From Nitrospira sp. (GTDB taxonomy: Bacteria; Nitrospirota; Nitrospiria; Nitrospirales; Nitrospiraceae): a DNA stretch of 64,000 nucleotides. The DNA is taken from positions 864,001 through 928,000 of the forward strand of contig AP038806.1 of assembly GCA_047150005.1 (NCBI GenBank), read 5' to 3'. Below are positions 62,013 through 64,000 of the stretch, in pieces. The position numbers and the translations under genes were made by a program. Numbering within the stretch: position 1 is the first letter of the stretch; each line of letters begins with the position of its first letter. The notes below the pieces were generated by a model. The model was not told the DNA's origin. It ran no database searches and saw only the letters and a list, made by a program, of their open reading frames with translations.

Positions 62013-63308
62013 CTAGCGGTCCTTGGGCCTGAAGTAACGACGGCCCCGCAGGGGCTCGGGCAGATGCGTCTGGCTCGTTGCTGCACCGGGATCGTCATGG
62101 ACATACCGATAGCCCTTTCCATACCCGTGATCCCGCATCAGCGAGGTGACCGCATTGCGCAAATGAAGCGGCACGCCGAGATTTCCGAAGGCTCTGGCAT
62201 CGTTCATCGCTTCGAGCAGGCCGATGTAGGACGCATTGTCCTTCGCCCGGGTGGCCAGATAGGTCGTACCCTGCGCGAGGTTGATCTGCGCTTCCGGCAG
62301 TCCGACGAACTGGACCGCTTGGGCCACGGCCGTGGCCACCAACAGACCCGTCGGGTCGGCATTCCCCACATCTTCGGACGCGAAGATCACGAGCCGCCTG
62401 GCGATGAACTTGGGATCTTCCCCTGCCTCCAACATCCGCGCCAACCAATAGAGCGCCCCGTCCGGATCGGAATCCCTCAGGCTCTTGATGTAGGCGGAGA
62501 TGAGATTGTAGTGCTCCTCGCCCGCCTTGTCGTAGCGGAGCGTCTTCCTGAGCAGCGCCGCTTCCATCGCCGTGTCATCGACGCGCCTGACGCCCGTCTC
62601 ATCCTGGGCGGCCTGTCCCGCGACGAATTCCAGCGCGGTCAGCAGCGAACGGGCGTCGCCGTTCGCGTAGTTCAGGAGCCGCCGCTTCGCCTCGTCGGTC
62701 AGTTCCAAACGAAACGCGCCCAGCCCAGATTCGACGTCGCTGAGCGCGCGGATCAGGATCCGCTCGAGCGCTTCTTCGGTCAGCGGCTGCAGGGCAACGA
62801 CCAGCGATCGGGACAAAAGCGGCGCGATGACTTCGAAGGACGGGTTTTCGGTCGTTGCGCCGACCAGAATGATCGTACCCCGTTCGACGTGGGGAAGAAA
62901 CGCGTCCTGCTGCGCCTTATTGAAGCGATGGATTTCGTCGACGAAGAGCACCGTCCGCCGGCCGCTCGTCGCCAACCGGTGTTCCGACGTCTTGATGATC
63001 TCGCGCAGTTCGGGGATGCCGCCGGTGACCGCCGAGAAGGAGACGAAATGCGCCTTCGTGTGCCGCGCGATCAAGGACGCGAGCGTCGTCTTGCCGCAAC
63101 CGGGTGGTCCCCAGAAAATCAGCGACGCCAGACGGTCAGACTCGATCGCCTTGCGCAAGGGACGATCGGCGCCGACGACCTCTTCTTGTCCCACCAGATC
63201 GTCGAAGGAGCGCGGGCGAAGCCGTTCGGCGAGCGGAGACGTGCCGACACCCTTCTCCGGGCTGGACTCCGCAAAGAGGTCCAATCGCTCACCCTTGTCG
63301 CGGGGCAT
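62013..63308 (-). CDS. rarA: Replication-associated recombination protein A (MgsA/RarA)
   Basis: PLAERLRP, WGPPGCGKTT, DEIHRFNKAQQD, GATTENPSF and SEDVGNAD motifs. Confidence 0.96.
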   Translation of the reverse strand: MPRDKGERLDLFAESSPEKGVGTSPLAERLRPRSFDDLVGQEEVVGADRPLRKAIESDRLASLIFWGPPGCGKTTLASLIARHTKAHFVSFSAVTGGIPELREIIKTSEHRLATSGRRTVLFVDEIHRFNKAQQDAFLPHVERGTIILVGATTENPSFEVIAPLLSRSLVVALQPLTEEALERILIRALSDVESGLGAFRLELTDEAKRRLLNYANGDARSLLTALEFVAGQAAQDETGVRRVDDTAMEAALLRKTLRYDKAGEEHYNLISAYIKSLRDSDPDGALYWLARMLEAGEDPKFIARRLVIFASEDVGNADPTGLLVATAVAQAVQFVGLPEAQINLAQGTTYLATRAKDNASYIGLLEAMNDARAFGNLGVPLHLRNAVTSLMRDHGYGKGYRYVHDDPGAATSQTHLPEPLRGRRYFRPKDR

Positions 63309-63448
63309 GGAGAATTCTATACGGCTCCCTCAAACGACTGCAAATCCCGGTAGTGGGTCGATCAATGCTGAGGAGAGGGTTTTGTCGGCAGAAGCGCTTG
63401 ACGGCATCGAGCCGAAGTTGCTAGGAACCAGAGTGGCGGGAGACACTC

Positions 63449-64000
63449 ATGATTCACGAGGTGAACGGTATCCGATTAGGCTACACCGACCGTGGTGCGG
63501 GGCTTCCGCTGGTGCTCCTCCATGCCTTCCCGTTCAATCGGACAATGTGGGCCCGACAGGAGGCGCTGGCATCCCGGTTCCGGATCATCACCATCGACCT
63601 TCGAGGACATGGAGAATCCGACGCGCCGGCCTGGCGCTATAGCCTGGGTCAATATGCAGCCGACGTGCAGGGACTTCTGGACCGGCTCGGTGTGTCGCGC
63701 GCGGTGTTTGTCGGATTGTCCATGGGCGGCTATCTGGAATTCGCCCTGTACCGACATTGTCCGGATCTGATACTGGGTTTGGTCTTCGCCGACACGAGAG
63801 CGGAAGCGGACCGGGTGGAGCAGGTCAAGTGGCGGTTTGATCTGGCGCAACGAACCGCGGCCGTCGGTCCCTCCGCAGTCATCGACGACATGCTGCCGAA
63901 GCTGCTGTCTCCGAAAGCCTACGGGCGGCGTCCCGACCTTGTCGAGGAGGTCCGCGCGATCATCGCGGCGGCGCCGGTGCACGGAATCGTCGGAGACTTG
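63449..64000 (+). CDS. Alpha/beta hydrolase (enol-lactonase-like), runs off the window
   Basis: MIHEVNGIRLGYTDRGAGLPLVLLHAFP…DLRGHG…GLSMGG. Absent from the ORF track because there is no stop in the window. Confidence 0.9.
   Translation, partial: MIHEVNGIRLGYTDRGAGLPLVLLHAFPFNRTMWARQEALASRFRIITIDLRGHGESDAPAWRYSLGQYAADVQGLLDRLGVSRAVFVGLSMGGYLEFALYRHCPDLILGLVFADTRAEADRVEQVKWRFDLAQRTAAVGPSAVIDDMLPKLLSPKAYGRRPDLVEEVRAIIAAAPVHGIVGDL

Noticed and set aside
61992..63353. 453-aa plus-strand ORF
   Set aside because: Antisense to rarA.

Overview
Bacterial, GC-rich DNA; gene content and style suggest a Nitrospira-like genome (inference). The right end (57.5-64 kb) is core chromosome: tRNA-Lys(UUU), purA, tRNA-Ala(GGC), an ABC-F ATPase, a PilZ protein, rarA and a partial alpha/beta hydrolase. 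The rest looks mostly accessory, and two candidate systems stand out. (1) At 45.1-50.1 kb a gasdermin-like gene with an FR|G site and a 20-aa tail sits 9 bp upstream of a TPR-CHAT-TPR protease. The pair is bracketed by a 34-bp imperfect direct repeat. (2) At 11.7-32.5 kb is a cluster of exported proteins: three caspase-family (C14) proteases with intact His/Cys motifs, three paralogous exported proteins and two diheme c-type cytochromes that share repeated V-E-S-R-[GA] and [ST/P]-R-G motifs in linkers, a YkgJ/FliB-like enzyme next to a QQK-repeat peptide, a tail-collar protein and a WSC protein. This may be an undescribed extracytoplasmic Arg-specific proteolytic maturation system. Other observations: an IS30 inserted into a REP-bearing MITE-like repeat whose intact target recurs at 44.4 kb, a frameshift-split RND pump, a Sat-CysC with a degenerate ATP-sulfurylase motif, a cytochrome c peroxidase relic beside oxyR, and a nested mini-island (mobile mystery proteins A/B) at tRNA-Lys. 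All product calls come from reading motifs by eye; no database search was run.
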